Below, piece after piece: positions 9,231 through 18,272 of a DNA stretch of 64,000 bases. Within the stretch, counting starts at the first letter, position 1. Every line of letters starts with the position of its first letter. Made by a program: the position numbers and the translations under genes. Source of the DNA: a virus (lineage: Duplodnaviria; Caudoviricetes); the IMG/VR virus record IMGVR_UViG_3300028909_000001; one strand, given 5' to 3'. The notes beneath the pieces were generated by a model. It searched no databases, was not told the DNA's origin, and worked only from the letters and a program-made list of their open reading frames with translations.

Positions 9231-10888
9231 TAAACACTCAGAGACAAGGTGATAAAGTTCATTGGGTATGGAACCTGCAATGTAACTACAATATCAATCT
9301 GGTCTAGATAAGTTGGGTCTTGCTGAATACTATTAATAGTATATCCGATTAATTGATTACCAGCTCTTTCAGTAAAGGTTTCCAACATGTAAAATTGCAA
9401 TACTGAATTGATAGCAGCTTTAACTCCAAGAACCGTAGCTGGTGTAATGTTGTAAATACCTATGAATGGAGTTAGAGCAGCTTGTAGTGCATAGCTAATA
9501 CTATCTACGTTAGCTGTAATACTATCTTCTGAGAAATTAAGATTAGTATTATCACCAGTTAATTGCTGTCTAGTATAGGCTGTAGCACCTTTACCTACCT
9601 GTGTTACAATCCAGACACCAGCCGCAGCTAATTGATTGAGTTGTGTATCAGTAAAAGTAGACAAAGGTTTATCTAGATAGTAAGGTCCAAGAACCTGAGT
9701 ATTGGTTAAACTCTGATTAGGAGCAGCACCAGACCTCGTAGCAGCTAATGAAGCAGCTAAGTAATATCCAGAAACATTAGTACTAGGTCCAATATAATAA
9801 GTATCAGGGAAAACATAGTGTATTCTACGAGGACCAGTATTAATGTTAATATTCTCAGCTAATCCGTCTGGAAGAGCTGCAATATATGCATTAATTTGTG
9901 TTTGTAAACTACCAATACCAGAAAGTGAGGGAGACAACCAACAAGTACGCCATTTAGCATTGGCTGGTGTACTCATAGAGTTTATATGACTAATAACGGC
10001 AGCACTGATTCCAGAAATAGTTGCATCATTAGTTAACGGTACAATACCATAGTAATTATTTGATTTAGCAGCCAAGGCTAAAATAGCATTGTAGCCAGCC
10101 AAGTTATTAGTAGGAACTGCACCATAATAAACAGTATTGTTATTACTATTTAATACTGCACAATAAAGACCATAAGCTAAAGGATTTGCACTAGGATTAG
10201 CAGTAGGATTACCAAACAAATTTTCGATATCTGTTATTGTGTTGACCGAGCCAATAGCAGAACTATAAGCAGTATTAAGAACAGGTGAAGAACTTATAGT
10301 AACAGTGCCAGGAACTGCATTTACACCACTACCATTAGAATCAGTAACCACCAGAACTGGTGTAAGATAACTATTACCACCATTTACAACAGTATAACTA
10401 GTAATAGCACCAGTAGATAGAGTTGCAGCACCAGGAACAGCGTTATGCCCAGTAGAATCTCCAGGAGCATTAGTTACTGTGATAACTGGAGAAGTATAAT
10501 TAAATCCACCAGAAACTACAGTATATGAACCAACTGCATTACCACTTAAATTTGATGTGATTACTGCACCATAACCAGTAGGATCAGCAATTGAAACTAT
10601 AGGTGGAAGAGTATACAAAGAACCAGCAGTACCCAGAGCTACAGCAGTAATTGCACCTACTGGAACACAATTAGCTGTAATAATTGCACCAGCACCAGAA
10701 CCGGTTGAATCAGTTACTGCAACTACTGGGGCTGTGTAACCAGTACCAGCAGTACCCAGAGCTACAGCAGTAATAGAATTATTAGTGTAAGCGGGACCAA
10801 TTATCAAGGCAGAAAGTGGGCTTACTACAGAAGTTGGCGTATTAGTAAATTGCTGACTAATCTGTAGTTGGGGGACTGTATATGCCAT
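9230..10888 (-). CDS. Contractile tail sheath protein with four inserted beta-rich repeats
   Basis: Sheath-type C-terminus (QLNQLAAAGVWIV..., SITANVDSISY, IDIVVTLQVPYPMNFITLSL); N-terminal SPLSALIIGP. Confidence 0.8.
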   Translation of the reverse strand: MAYTVPQLQISQQFTNTPTSVVSPLSALIIGPAYTNNSITAVALGTAGTGYTAPVVAVTDSTGSGAGAIITANCVPVGAITAVALGTAGSLYTLPPIVSIADPTGYGAVITSNLSGNAVGSYTVVSGGFNYTSPVITVTNAPGDSTGHNAVPGAATLSTGAITSYTVVNGGNSYLTPVLVVTDSNGSGVNAVPGTVTISSSPVLNTAYSSAIGSVNTITDIENLFGNPTANPSANPLAYGLYCAVLNSNNNTVYYGAVPTNNLAGYNAILALAAKSNNYYGIVPLTNDATISGISAAVISHINSMSTPANAKWRTCWLSPSLSGIGSLQTQINAYIAALPDGLAENININTGPRRIHYVFPDTYYIGPSTNVSGYYLAASLAATRSGAAPNQSLTNTQVLGPYYLDKPLSTFTDTQLNQLAAAGVWIVTQVGKGATAYTRQQLTGDNTNLNFSEDSITANVDSISYALQAALTPFIGIYNITPATVLGVKAAINSVLQFYMLETFTERAGNQLIGYTINSIQQDPTYLDQIDIVVTLQVPYPMNFITLSLSV

Positions 10889-10968
10889 AAAATTATTTAT
10901 CTCTTGTTAGATTACTTAAATGTCTTACTATAATATTATCTTGTTATACTGGCTTAGGCAACTACTTT

Positions 10969-11652
10969 TTATAACGAAATCTCTTCTATTAAGTCCTGCA
11001 CTGCATTATAAATCTCAATAGATATATGCTTCATTTTCAGTGAGTTTCTAGTAATAGACCAACTATCATTATAAGTTACATTAAGCATTAATTGGATGGA
11101 AAAGTTGTTTTTACCTTCTTTTAAGAGTTCAGGAGCTGACATCTTTTCTAGTTCAAATGTTCTAATACCGAAATCTTGTTGAATAGTACGTCTAAAATAT
11201 AATAGTGGTTGTTTAACGTATTCAGCTAAGTTTTCAACTACCTCTACTGGTTCGGCTGCTACACAAGTAATGATGACTGGTAATTTAACAAATACATCTC
11301 TAATCTCTAATCCATCTGGTTGATTACCTGCTATAGCCTGTCTCAGTACTTTGGCCTGAAAATCTGCCTCACCTCTTTGAACATAGATAGCTGGAACCTT
11401 ACTCATCGTCTTAGGTTTCCAATCATAACCAATAGCTAATAGAATGTCACTCTCAGCTTCTATCGCACTATATTTTTGAGCTAGCCTGACACCTACATCA
11501 CAAGGTTTATTAGTGAGCATATACCTCTTTATTATTTCATATACTATTCTAGGTATGGTGATAGTATTTAAAAATAATCTATCATGTTCACATACTTCAA
11601 GTCCATGTCTTTGACTAGGGGTAAGTGCAGTTGAGGTAATATTGTAGCTCAT
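10969..11652 (-). CDS. Tail terminator/completion protein
   Basis: Lies between neck and sheath; PAIYVQRG motif. Confidence 0.55.
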   Translation of the reverse strand: MSYNITSTALTPSQRHGLEVCEHDRLFLNTITIPRIVYEIIKRYMLTNKPCDVGVRLAQKYSAIEAESDILLAIGYDWKPKTMSKVPAIYVQRGEADFQAKVLRQAIAGNQPDGLEIRDVFVKLPVIITCVAAEPVEVVENLAEYVKQPLLYFRRTIQQDFGIRTFELEKMSAPELLKEGKNNFSIQLMLNVTYNDSWSITRNSLKMKHISIEIYNAVQDLIEEISL

Positions 11653-12449
11653 AGAACTGGAAATGGAGGAACTTGAATGCTTTGTGTAGTATCAGTACTT
11701 GGTATTAATCTTAGTGTAGGAGATTGTAGTAATATCATAGTAGTACCAGGAAAGTATTTATTTGCCGGGTCTATTACTATGAATCTCTTACCATCTCTCA
11801 TTACTATTATATCATGTTGATCTATATATGGGAACCCTGCACTTCTAATTAACAACATTTCTGAAAATTGTGTCCCTCGACCCGCAGCATCATAATCTTC
11901 TTTAACTTCCCTGTTCTCAATACTTATCCTAGTCAATACTGGTTCATAATATCCACCTACCACACCAGTACCGAAAGTCTTAACTGTATCTAGCATAGGT
12001 TCCCCAGTTATAGGATCTGTTTCTGCTATACAGTCAGTCGCATAGTTCTTTCGCTTTAATAAGTAAACATATAGTCCAGCATAGTTAAATCTTACCTGTT
12101 CCCTTCTAGTAATTTCCGAAGCTAATAGATAGTGATGTTGAGTTACTGAATCTGAAGGATGCCAGCCAAAGAAATTGCTATAATAACATTTCTTATTTAA
12201 ATCTGTTAACCTTAGTTTGTAGAAGAATCCAGGTAGTTGATTCTGCCTAATATTAGTATTATCTATTACAAAGAAAGTAGTACTAGGGATACAATATAGT
12301 GTAGTTTTAAATGATTCATCTTCAAATGCTAGTAGTTCAAAAGTATAAGGTGCCCTGCCATTAAATAAAGGGTCAATGTCATATTGTACCGTAATGACAT
12401 TTCCAACTATACTTAATTGTATATTAATGAATGGATTAGTGTTTAACAT
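11649..12449 (-). CDS. Neck/head-closure protein
   Basis: Position; FGTGVVGGYYEP and FPYIDQHDIIV..DGKRFIV patterns. Confidence 0.55.
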   Translation of the reverse strand: MLNTNPFINIQLSIVGNVITVQYDIDPLFNGRAPYTFELLAFEDESFKTTLYCIPSTTFFVIDNTNIRQNQLPGFFYKLRLTDLNKKCYYSNFFGWHPSDSVTQHHYLLASEITRREQVRFNYAGLYVYLLKRKNYATDCIAETDPITGEPMLDTVKTFGTGVVGGYYEPVLTRISIENREVKEDYDAAGRGTQFSEMLLIRSAGFPYIDQHDIIVMRDGKRFIVIDPANKYFPGTTMILLQSPTLRLIPSTDTTQSIQVPPFPVL

Positions 12450-12738
12450 TTAGTCTAGTAAATTTATCGTAGTATTCTTTAGTAATATTCCAGGCAGTTT
12501 TCCCCTTACTTCTACCACTCATAAATAGGTTAGGATTATTCATTATCTTATCGTGAATCATTTTCTGTATTTGATCCTGAGCCACAACCTTACTACCAGA
12601 CAGTCTCTTTAATGATGATTTAATCTTCTTCTCACAACACCACTGCCTTAAGTTCAATGCAAACTTCTTATCACCTAGTATTTGATTAGTGGTAGGTCCA
12701 CTTTTAGCATTATCTACTATCTTATCGTATTCAGCCAT
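12436..12738 (-). CDS. Hypothetical protein
   Basis: 100 aa, overlaps its neighbours in the operon. Confidence 0.55.
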   Translation of the reverse strand: MAEYDKIVDNAKSGPTTNQILGDKKFALNLRQWCCEKKIKSSLKRLSGSKVVAQDQIQKMIHDKIMNNPNLFMSGRSKGKTAWNITKEYYDKFTRLNVKH

Positions 12739-12739
12739 A

Positions 12740-13180
12740 TCATCTAGCTACATAGATCAACTCTGAAGGCATAGTTCCAAATGCATTAGCTACATTGATA
12801 GTGATCTTTATATTAACTACCTTATCTTTAAACTCTTCCCAGAATTGATTACCTATACTAGCAAAAATCTGTGCCTTATTCTTATCTTGAACAGTTACCC
12901 CATCCGCAGAATAGTCTAATTGATTGCTAGCTTCATTTATACTAGCACTTCTTAATAGATGCCCTGCCACACCTATAAGAAGTGTGTATCTATAAGGAAA
13001 GGTTTGAGGAGTAAATGATACTACAAAAGGTGCAGTTTCATTAAAAAAATCCGTACAGCGATTCAAGGCATTATCTATATCTTCAGTAGACCATCTAACC
13101 CCACGTAAGAGAGAGTTAAGTTCTTTACGGTCCATGCAGAAGGTTCTTATATCAGTTTCTGTAATTTGAGCTATTGCCAT
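12740..13180 (-). CDS. Head-tail adaptor (connector)
   Basis: Helical adaptor pattern (STEDIDNAL...NQLDYSADGVTVQD); first structural gene after the capsid cassette. Confidence 0.6.
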   Translation of the reverse strand: MAIAQITETDIRTFCMDRKELNSLLRGVRWSTEDIDNALNRCTDFFNETAPFVVSFTPQTFPYRYTLLIGVAGHLLRSASINEASNQLDYSADGVTVQDKNKAQIFASIGNQFWEEFKDKVVNIKITINVANAFGTMPSELIYVAR

Positions 13181-13265
13181 ATTATTATTGTAGTTAATTC
13201 AAGCACTCTTCTTTCATTTTATATAAATCTAGTAATTGTAACATTATTTATATTCTATTCTTATA

Positions 13266-14408
13266 TTACTGTATTTTATCAGCTTCAGCAATCTTCTTAT
13301 AAACCCAGCGTAATTTGCCCACATCCCAGATTCTATATAAACCATTCTGAATGCTCCATTGTTTCTCAGTCAATCCTGCAGGGCAATTTGTATTTCCCTT
13401 TTTCTGTGACTGCTTCGATAATCTAACTATCTTACTACTATTAATATTAACATAGCTGTAGTCTGCATCCAAACTATCTTCTAGTACAAACCCAAGCTTA
13501 GGATATACTCCACCCGAGAACCACCTACAATCAGACCAGCTAATCAACTCAGTAATTCCAGTATGATTCAACAAGAACTTAAATAATTTCGAAGCCCCAC
13601 CAGTAACATTAACATCATATTTAAAGCACAGTCTATCTAATACAAACTTACCTATGTCTCTATGATGCTTGCCAAAACTCATAACTCCTAGCAACTCATT
13701 GTTAAAATACAGACCCGCAAATACAAAGCTCAAAAAGCTCTTCCCTTGTATATGGTTTTCGTCATAAAATGCATTACCCATATCTTTGGAGATAATCCGT
13801 ACTTCACATTTCCTAGCATAGAATATCCGGGAGTTCTTACCTAGCATGGATAAGATAGCACCTTTTACCTGCTTATTTCTATTTATCCATTCATCTTCAA
13901 AAATAGTAATTAGATGTATATTGTTATTCTTACAGTTAGTATATTTAGTGTAGTTATACTTTTGCCCACATCCTTTAGATTCATTGCAATCCTTTAATAT
14001 GCAGTAGTTTATACCTACTTTAAGGTCATCATTATATAGATCTGCGTCTTTAGTAGAGGTAAAGGTCAAACTAGTTATCTCTTCCAGCCAAGTTTTAATA
14101 GGTAGTATAGGGTTCAAGGTTCTATTCCTTTTAGGTATATTGTTCTCTCTTAATAGCTTTAATAGTGTAGGATTAGTTATATTATGTTTACTCCATATAT
14201 CAGCTACCTTCATTCCAGTATTATAATCGTTAATTAGTTCAGTTATATTTACTTTAGCTTTTTGACGATTAAGATTACCTAGTTTCTTAGCTTTATCCTT
14301 TATCCTAGGCCAGGTCGTGTTAAATAAGGCTTCCAGATCTTCTTGAGGGGCAAATCTATATAGGTCTTTTAGTTGTAGTTCTTCTTCCAGAGTCCAGAGT
14401 TTATTCAT
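13266..14408 (-). CDS. Hef-like putative homing endonuclease (HTH + degenerate PD-(D/E)xK + GNAT-like C-domain)
   Basis: IYARKCEV, GLYFNNELLGVMSFG, LDRLC, GGASKLFK, SWSDCRW, RIWDVGK motifs typical of this large-phage family. Confidence 0.65.
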   Translation of the reverse strand: MNKLWTLEEELQLKDLYRFAPQEDLEALFNTTWPRIKDKAKKLGNLNRQKAKVNITELINDYNTGMKVADIWSKHNITNPTLLKLLRENNIPKRNRTLNPILPIKTWLEEITSLTFTSTKDADLYNDDLKVGINYCILKDCNESKGCGQKYNYTKYTNCKNNNIHLITIFEDEWINRNKQVKGAILSMLGKNSRIFYARKCEVRIISKDMGNAFYDENHIQGKSFLSFVFAGLYFNNELLGVMSFGKHHRDIGKFVLDRLCFKYDVNVTGGASKLFKFLLNHTGITELISWSDCRWFSGGVYPKLGFVLEDSLDADYSYVNINSSKIVRLSKQSQKKGNTNCPAGLTEKQWSIQNGLYRIWDVGKLRWVYKKIAEADKIQ

Positions 14409-14838
14409 GTTTTTGGAGATAGGTTATAGCGTTATTTAGATTAGTTATACTGTCTTTGAATTGCCCAAGCCCAAAATTACAGTCAATATAGAGCAAACCT
14501 CTTACTTTATTAGTAGTGTGGTTATGATCAACACTTAGATTAACTTTAAAAGTAGAAGCATCTTTACCACATATAGCACACTTATTATTTTGCAATTGTA
14601 GTATGTCATTATATTTTTCTAATGTTATATTAAATTTTCTTTTTAAATCTCTTCTTCTATCATAATCAGGATTTTTCTCTTTCCATTTAGCTATAGTAGT
14701 ATATTTATGAGCTATTCTGTATTGTTTATCACATAGTATACAACTAGCTCTAGGTTTGCCTTTACGTATTCCTTTCTTTCTAATATAGAATGCTGATATA
14801 TCTTTAGTTAATTTACACTGAGTACACTGTTTATTCAT
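14401..14838 (-). CDS. Endonuclease VII-type HNH homing endonuclease (one Zn ligand C>Y)
   Basis: QNNKCAICG...VDHNHTTNKVRGLLYIDCNFGLG. Confidence 0.85.
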   Translation of the reverse strand: MNKQCTQCKLTKDISAFYIRKKGIRKGKPRASCILCDKQYRIAHKYTTIAKWKEKNPDYDRRRDLKRKFNITLEKYNDILQLQNNKCAICGKDASTFKVNLSVDHNHTTNKVRGLLYIDCNFGLGQFKDSITNLNNAITYLQKHE

Positions 14839-14845
14839 GTTTACT

Positions 14846-14873
14846 ACCTTATCAGAAAGAAATAAATTGTCAA
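14846..14873 (-). promoter_or_regulatory. sigma70-type promoter, probably leaderless
   Basis: TTGACA-16-TAAGGT preceded by TGn; ATG 7 nt downstream. Confidence 0.6.
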
Positions 14874-14891
14874 GTAAGAAATGAAAGAAGA

Positions 14892-14921
14892 AGGCCTCCT
14901 ACTAGTGAAAGTAGAAGGCCT
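14892..14921 (-). terminator. Intrinsic terminator after the major capsid gene
   Basis: AGGCCTTCTACT/AGTAGGAGGCCT stem followed by TCTTCTTTCATTT. Confidence 0.6.
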
Positions 14922-14952
14922 ATGAAACCCTTAATTTTAAAGGGAATTATTA

Positions 14953-15912
14953 TTATACAAAATCAACACGGAAAGCACCTTTTGGTCCACCTATACTCAT
15001 GCCCACGTTCAAGTACTGGAAGAACTGTAGGAAAAACGCCTTAGTCTCCATAAATACTGTTAACGGTTGGAGACGGAAGTATTTGCCTAGAAATTCCTCA
15101 GAACTGAAGAAGTAGATAGTACCATCAGGAACCAATTCACGTTTAATAGTCATGATAGTCTTGATACCGAGAATAGAAGGAGGAGGAGTACCCTCTAAAT
15201 AAGCACGTTCAGCTTCATCACCACCAACTTCACTACGTTCAAACTTCAAGAAGTCAGCCATAGTTACGTTGTTAGCAAGCATAACACCCTTACTAGAAGC
15301 ACCATCAGGTTGGAGCGGTCCGAAGGGAACGCGCAATCTCTGGAACGCTTTAACTGCTTCAATAAAGTTTGTTCTAGTAATACCACCACTCAAGGTAATA
15401 TAGCTAGGCAGACCAGTAGCAGTAAAGGAGTTAGCAGTATTAGCTACACCAAGGATACTGTTAACCTTTTCCAAGAGCTTACTATCAAGTTCAGTAGCCA
15501 AGTCTTTAGTACTGTTTTCAAGCAAGATTTGGCGAATATCGTAATCATAACCACGAAGTTTATCAATATCTTTCTGGAACACAGGACTCATCAACCTAGA
15601 GAAGTAAACTGGATAACGAGTACCAGCGAATTGGTAACCATCTGGAACGTTACCTAGTGGGACTGTAACTGCCGGAGGTTGATCAGGTTCACGATCACAC
15701 CATTTCACATGCAATTCAGGATTCTCACTCTTATCAAGTTCATCATTAGCGATGTCAATAGGAGTAAGGATCTTCTCTGCAAATGAATTTTCACGGAGTT
15801 TATTACGAGTAAAGGTAAGAGCAGATTGAGCTGCTTTCTTTTCATTTCCACCCTCTAACATATCAACAAAAGTATTATTGAATACTTTAATATCAGCAAT
15901 TTTTTCTAACAT
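14953..15912 (-). CDS. Major capsid protein (HK97-fold)
   Basis: 319 aa; TRNKLRENSFAEKILTP, DREPD, DIRQILLEN patterns; downstream of protease and scaffold, upstream of the adaptor. Confidence 0.75.
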   Translation of the reverse strand: MLEKIADIKVFNNTFVDMLEGGNEKKAAQSALTFTRNKLRENSFAEKILTPIDIANDELDKSENPELHVKWCDREPDQPPAVTVPLGNVPDGYQFAGTRYPVYFSRLMSPVFQKDIDKLRGYDYDIRQILLENSTKDLATELDSKLLEKVNSILGVANTANSFTATGLPSYITLSGGITRTNFIEAVKAFQRLRVPFGPLQPDGASSKGVMLANNVTMADFLKFERSEVGGDEAERAYLEGTPPPSILGIKTIMTIKRELVPDGTIYFFSSEEFLGKYFRLQPLTVFMETKAFFLQFFQYLNVGMSIGGPKGAFRVDFV

Positions 15913-15931
15913 ATAATTATTTCCTTTAAGG

Positions 15932-16552
15932 TTAGACGGTAGCAGCGAGCTTAATCGTCAGAACAGGGACATTAATTTGGGCCTTGTAAGTGTTTGATTT
16001 AGTAGTAGGTGTATAAGCTGGAAAAGCTGTATTACCTGATGCATTAGAAGCAGCATAGTCAGCAGCTTCAGTAGCAGATGTATAGTTCTGTGTAAGTGAA
16101 GAACCGGCACCAGCAATAGGAGGACCAAGTGAGCTGGGGGTTGACAATTGCAAGAACCGAACGTCTCTAACCCATCCAACCAAAGTACCAGTAGAGGTTT
16201 TCTGTACTAGACCAGGGTTATTAGTACTACCATAAATAGCAGTACCGACAGGGTAGTTAGTGAGTGAAATGACAGAAACGCTGTCAGTAGCAATATCTAC
16301 TTGGTCGGTTTCAAGAATAGTATTTCCATCCAAAGAATAGAGGGCGATTTTCTGACTCTCAATAACATCACCATCTGTAGAGTTATTGATAGCAAAACCA
16401 CGAATACCATTTGAACCTGAGCCACCAGCAGTAATACTACCAGTAGTTGAATCGATGCGGCATAACATTCCAGCATAAATGCCTGAAGTAGCTGGGCCAA
16501 TAAGATCGGCTTGTGCTAGCGAATGACTTGTACCTTTTCTTACGTTAATCAT
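15932..16552 (-). CDS. Capsid decoration/cement protein
   Basis: Beta-rich Gly/Thr/Ser protein immediately upstream of the capsid gene. Confidence 0.55.
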   Translation of the reverse strand: MINVRKGTSHSLAQADLIGPATSGIYAGMLCRIDSTTGSITAGGSGSNGIRGFAINNSTDGDVIESQKIALYSLDGNTILETDQVDIATDSVSVISLTNYPVGTAIYGSTNNPGLVQKTSTGTLVGWVRDVRFLQLSTPSSLGPPIAGAGSSLTQNYTSATEAADYAASNASGNTAFPAYTPTTKSNTYKAQINVPVLTIKLAATV

Positions 16553-16643
16553 ATAAAAATCCTTTTATAAGGTTTAAAATTGTTCTCTTTTGATGAGTAG
16601 GTTATGCTGGTCAAGATAACCGACCACTTACTAGATTAATATT

Positions 16644-16672
16644 ATTTTAAGGTAATTATATAGTTATGTCAA
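16644..16672 (-). promoter_or_regulatory. sigma70-type promoter upstream of decoration/capsid genes
   Basis: TTGACA-17-TAAAAT. Confidence 0.65.
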
Positions 16673-16693
16673 TTAATTATATAATAAGTACTA

Positions 16694-17110
16694 TTATGAA
16701 AGAAGAAGACTTGGAGAATGCTTTTGTAGATATTTTATAGCATTTGTGAGGGTGTTAATATTCTCATCAGCCCTACTTAGTATATAATTGCAGTTGTTAT
16801 GCACAATACCTCTAACCTTGCCTGTCTTGTGTGAATGATCTAAATGAATACTTTTTAATATTGTAAAGTCTAAAGGTTTATTACATATAGGACAAATATT
16901 TTTCTGTTTAATTAATATATTATTATATTCTTCTAGTGTGATATTATACAGTCTTTTTAACCTACTATTTCTATACTGTAGTTTAATTTCAGGCCGGTTT
17001 CTATATTCTTTACCTCTAGCTGCAATTCTTAGTTTAACTTCAGGCCTGCTTCTATATATTTTATTCCAAATAGGGTTATTACTCATTATCTTGTAAATAT
17101 TTAATAGCAT
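16694..17110 (-). CDS. Endonuclease VII-type HNH endonuclease (likely start 17086)
   Basis: QKNICPICN...HLDHSHKTGKVRGIVHNNCN. Confidence 0.85.
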   Translation of the reverse strand: MLLNIYKIMSNNPIWNKIYRSRPEVKLRIAARGKEYRNRPEIKLQYRNSRLKRLYNITLEEYNNILIKQKNICPICNKPLDFTILKSIHLDHSHKTGKVRGIVHNNCNYILSRADENINTLTNAIKYLQKHSPSLLLS

Positions 17111-17573
17111 TTAATAACGTTTGTGGATTTTCATAAGCAAATCCTAATAAGTGATTACATTTACTATGCAAAACACCACGTATTTTGCTGGTTATGTGGT
17201 CATGATCTAGATGGGTATGCCTAGTATTAACAAGATCTAATGGTTGTTCACAAATAGGACATTTATTATCTTGTGCTTTAAGTAGACTATTATATTCTTC
17301 TAGCGTAATACCAAATCTTCTTTTTAGATCATTATTCCTACGTCTTAATTTATTTTCAGGTTTAGCATCATAGTCTATATTATAATGTGTTATACAGAGA
17401 CCTAAATGTTTAACTGGGAAATTACAACCTGCTCTTATACATACTTTTGGTTTTTCTGGTTTTATAGGTAATTCTAGTGTTCCGTGTTTCTTAAGTCTAT
17501 AGTAATGTTTTTGGCAATATCCATTACTATTTACATTTTTATCACAGTCTTCAACCTTACATTTGCTTGGCAT
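17079..17573 (-). CDS. Endonuclease VII-type HNH endonuclease with two N-terminal Cys/His Zn-finger repeats
   Basis: CKVEDC...YCQKHY; CIRAGC...LCITHY; QDNKCPICE...HLDHDHITSKIRGVLHSKCN. Confidence 0.85.
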   Translation of the reverse strand: MPSKCKVEDCDKNVNSNGYCQKHYYRLKKHGTLELPIKPEKPKVCIRAGCNFPVKHLGLCITHYNIDYDAKPENKLRRRNNDLKRRFGITLEEYNSLLKAQDNKCPICEQPLDLVNTRHTHLDHDHITSKIRGVLHSKCNHLLGFAYENPQTLLNAIKYLQDNE

Positions 17574-17581
17574 AATTCTCT

Positions 17582-17609
17582 AATATATCTAATTATATAA
17601 TTAAGTCAA
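17582..17609 (-). promoter_or_regulatory. sigma70-type promoter for the HNH pair
   Basis: TTGACT-16-TATATT, 8 nt before ATG. Confidence 0.45.
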
Positions 17610-17664
17610 ATAATATAATGAAAGAAGAAGGCTTTGAAATTAATACTAATACCTAAAAATAAGA

Positions 17665-17692
17665 AGGGTGGTTAAACTTAATTAACCACCCT
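17665..17692 (-). terminator. Intrinsic terminator
   Basis: 11-bp stem AGGGTGGTTAA/TTAACCACCCT followed by TCTTATTTTT. Confidence 0.7.
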
Positions 17693-17719
17693 CAATATAT
17701 GAATAATCAATCAACCAAC

Positions 17720-18115
17720 CTATTCGTCAACCAAAGTTCTAGCACTATAACCGAAAGCAGCTTCCATTACGGGGTCGTAGGATTCAGCAGTTTTAGGTCT
17801 AGCCGCAATTCTAGCAGGTTTACCTATTTGCGCCACATCACTAGCAGCACAAACCTTTTCGAGTGTCCTTATTATATAGATAGGATCTTCCATAGCTTTT
17901 TTAACAAAGCTTCTCTTCTCATGTTCCCCACTCAAAAAATCACTATCATATAAAACATCAGCAACCTTATTCAAAGCCATCTTATATTTTTCTTTATTTA
18001 ATTCTTGAACGGTAGCAGCTTTTATTTGATTCAACAATCTATCTTGCAAATCTTCATTTACTTCTATAGCTAACTTAATAAAGGATGCCGCTTGATGTAA
18101 AAAATTATTATCCAT
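17720..18115 (-). CDS. Putative head-associated protein (KxA motif)
   Basis: 131 aa; SFIKLA. Confidence 0.55.
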   Translation of the reverse strand: MDNNFLHQAASFIKLAIEVNEDLQDRLLNQIKAATVQELNKEKYKMALNKVADVLYDSDFLSGEHEKRSFVKKAMEDPIYIIRTLEKVCAASDVAQIGKPARIAARPKTAESYDPVMEAAFGYSARTLVDE

Positions 18116-18272
18116 TAGCTTGTTTAGATAGATGTTTTACTGCACTTATATAATCGATTACCTTTAACTTTTCTTTATCTGGGAGTTTATCCAGACTATT
18201 GCTATTAACTTTGCTAGAAGTAGGTTTATTTACTTCTAGCTTAGTCTGAAGTTTATTTAACAGAGAAGGCAT
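18108..18272 (-). CDS. Small 54-aa protein ending ...SKQANG (not in track)
   Basis: TAATG overlap with the scaffold stop; MPSLLNKLQTKLEV...; overlaps the next start. Confidence 0.6.
   Translation of the reverse strand: MPSLLNKLQTKLEVNKPTSSKVNSNSLDKLPDKEKLKVIDYISAVKHLSKQANG

Noticed and set aside
1-13180. Extracellular contractile injection system or T6SS-like locus
   Set aside because: Capsid, scaffold, prohead protease and neck genes are contiguous with the tail genes, indicating a phage
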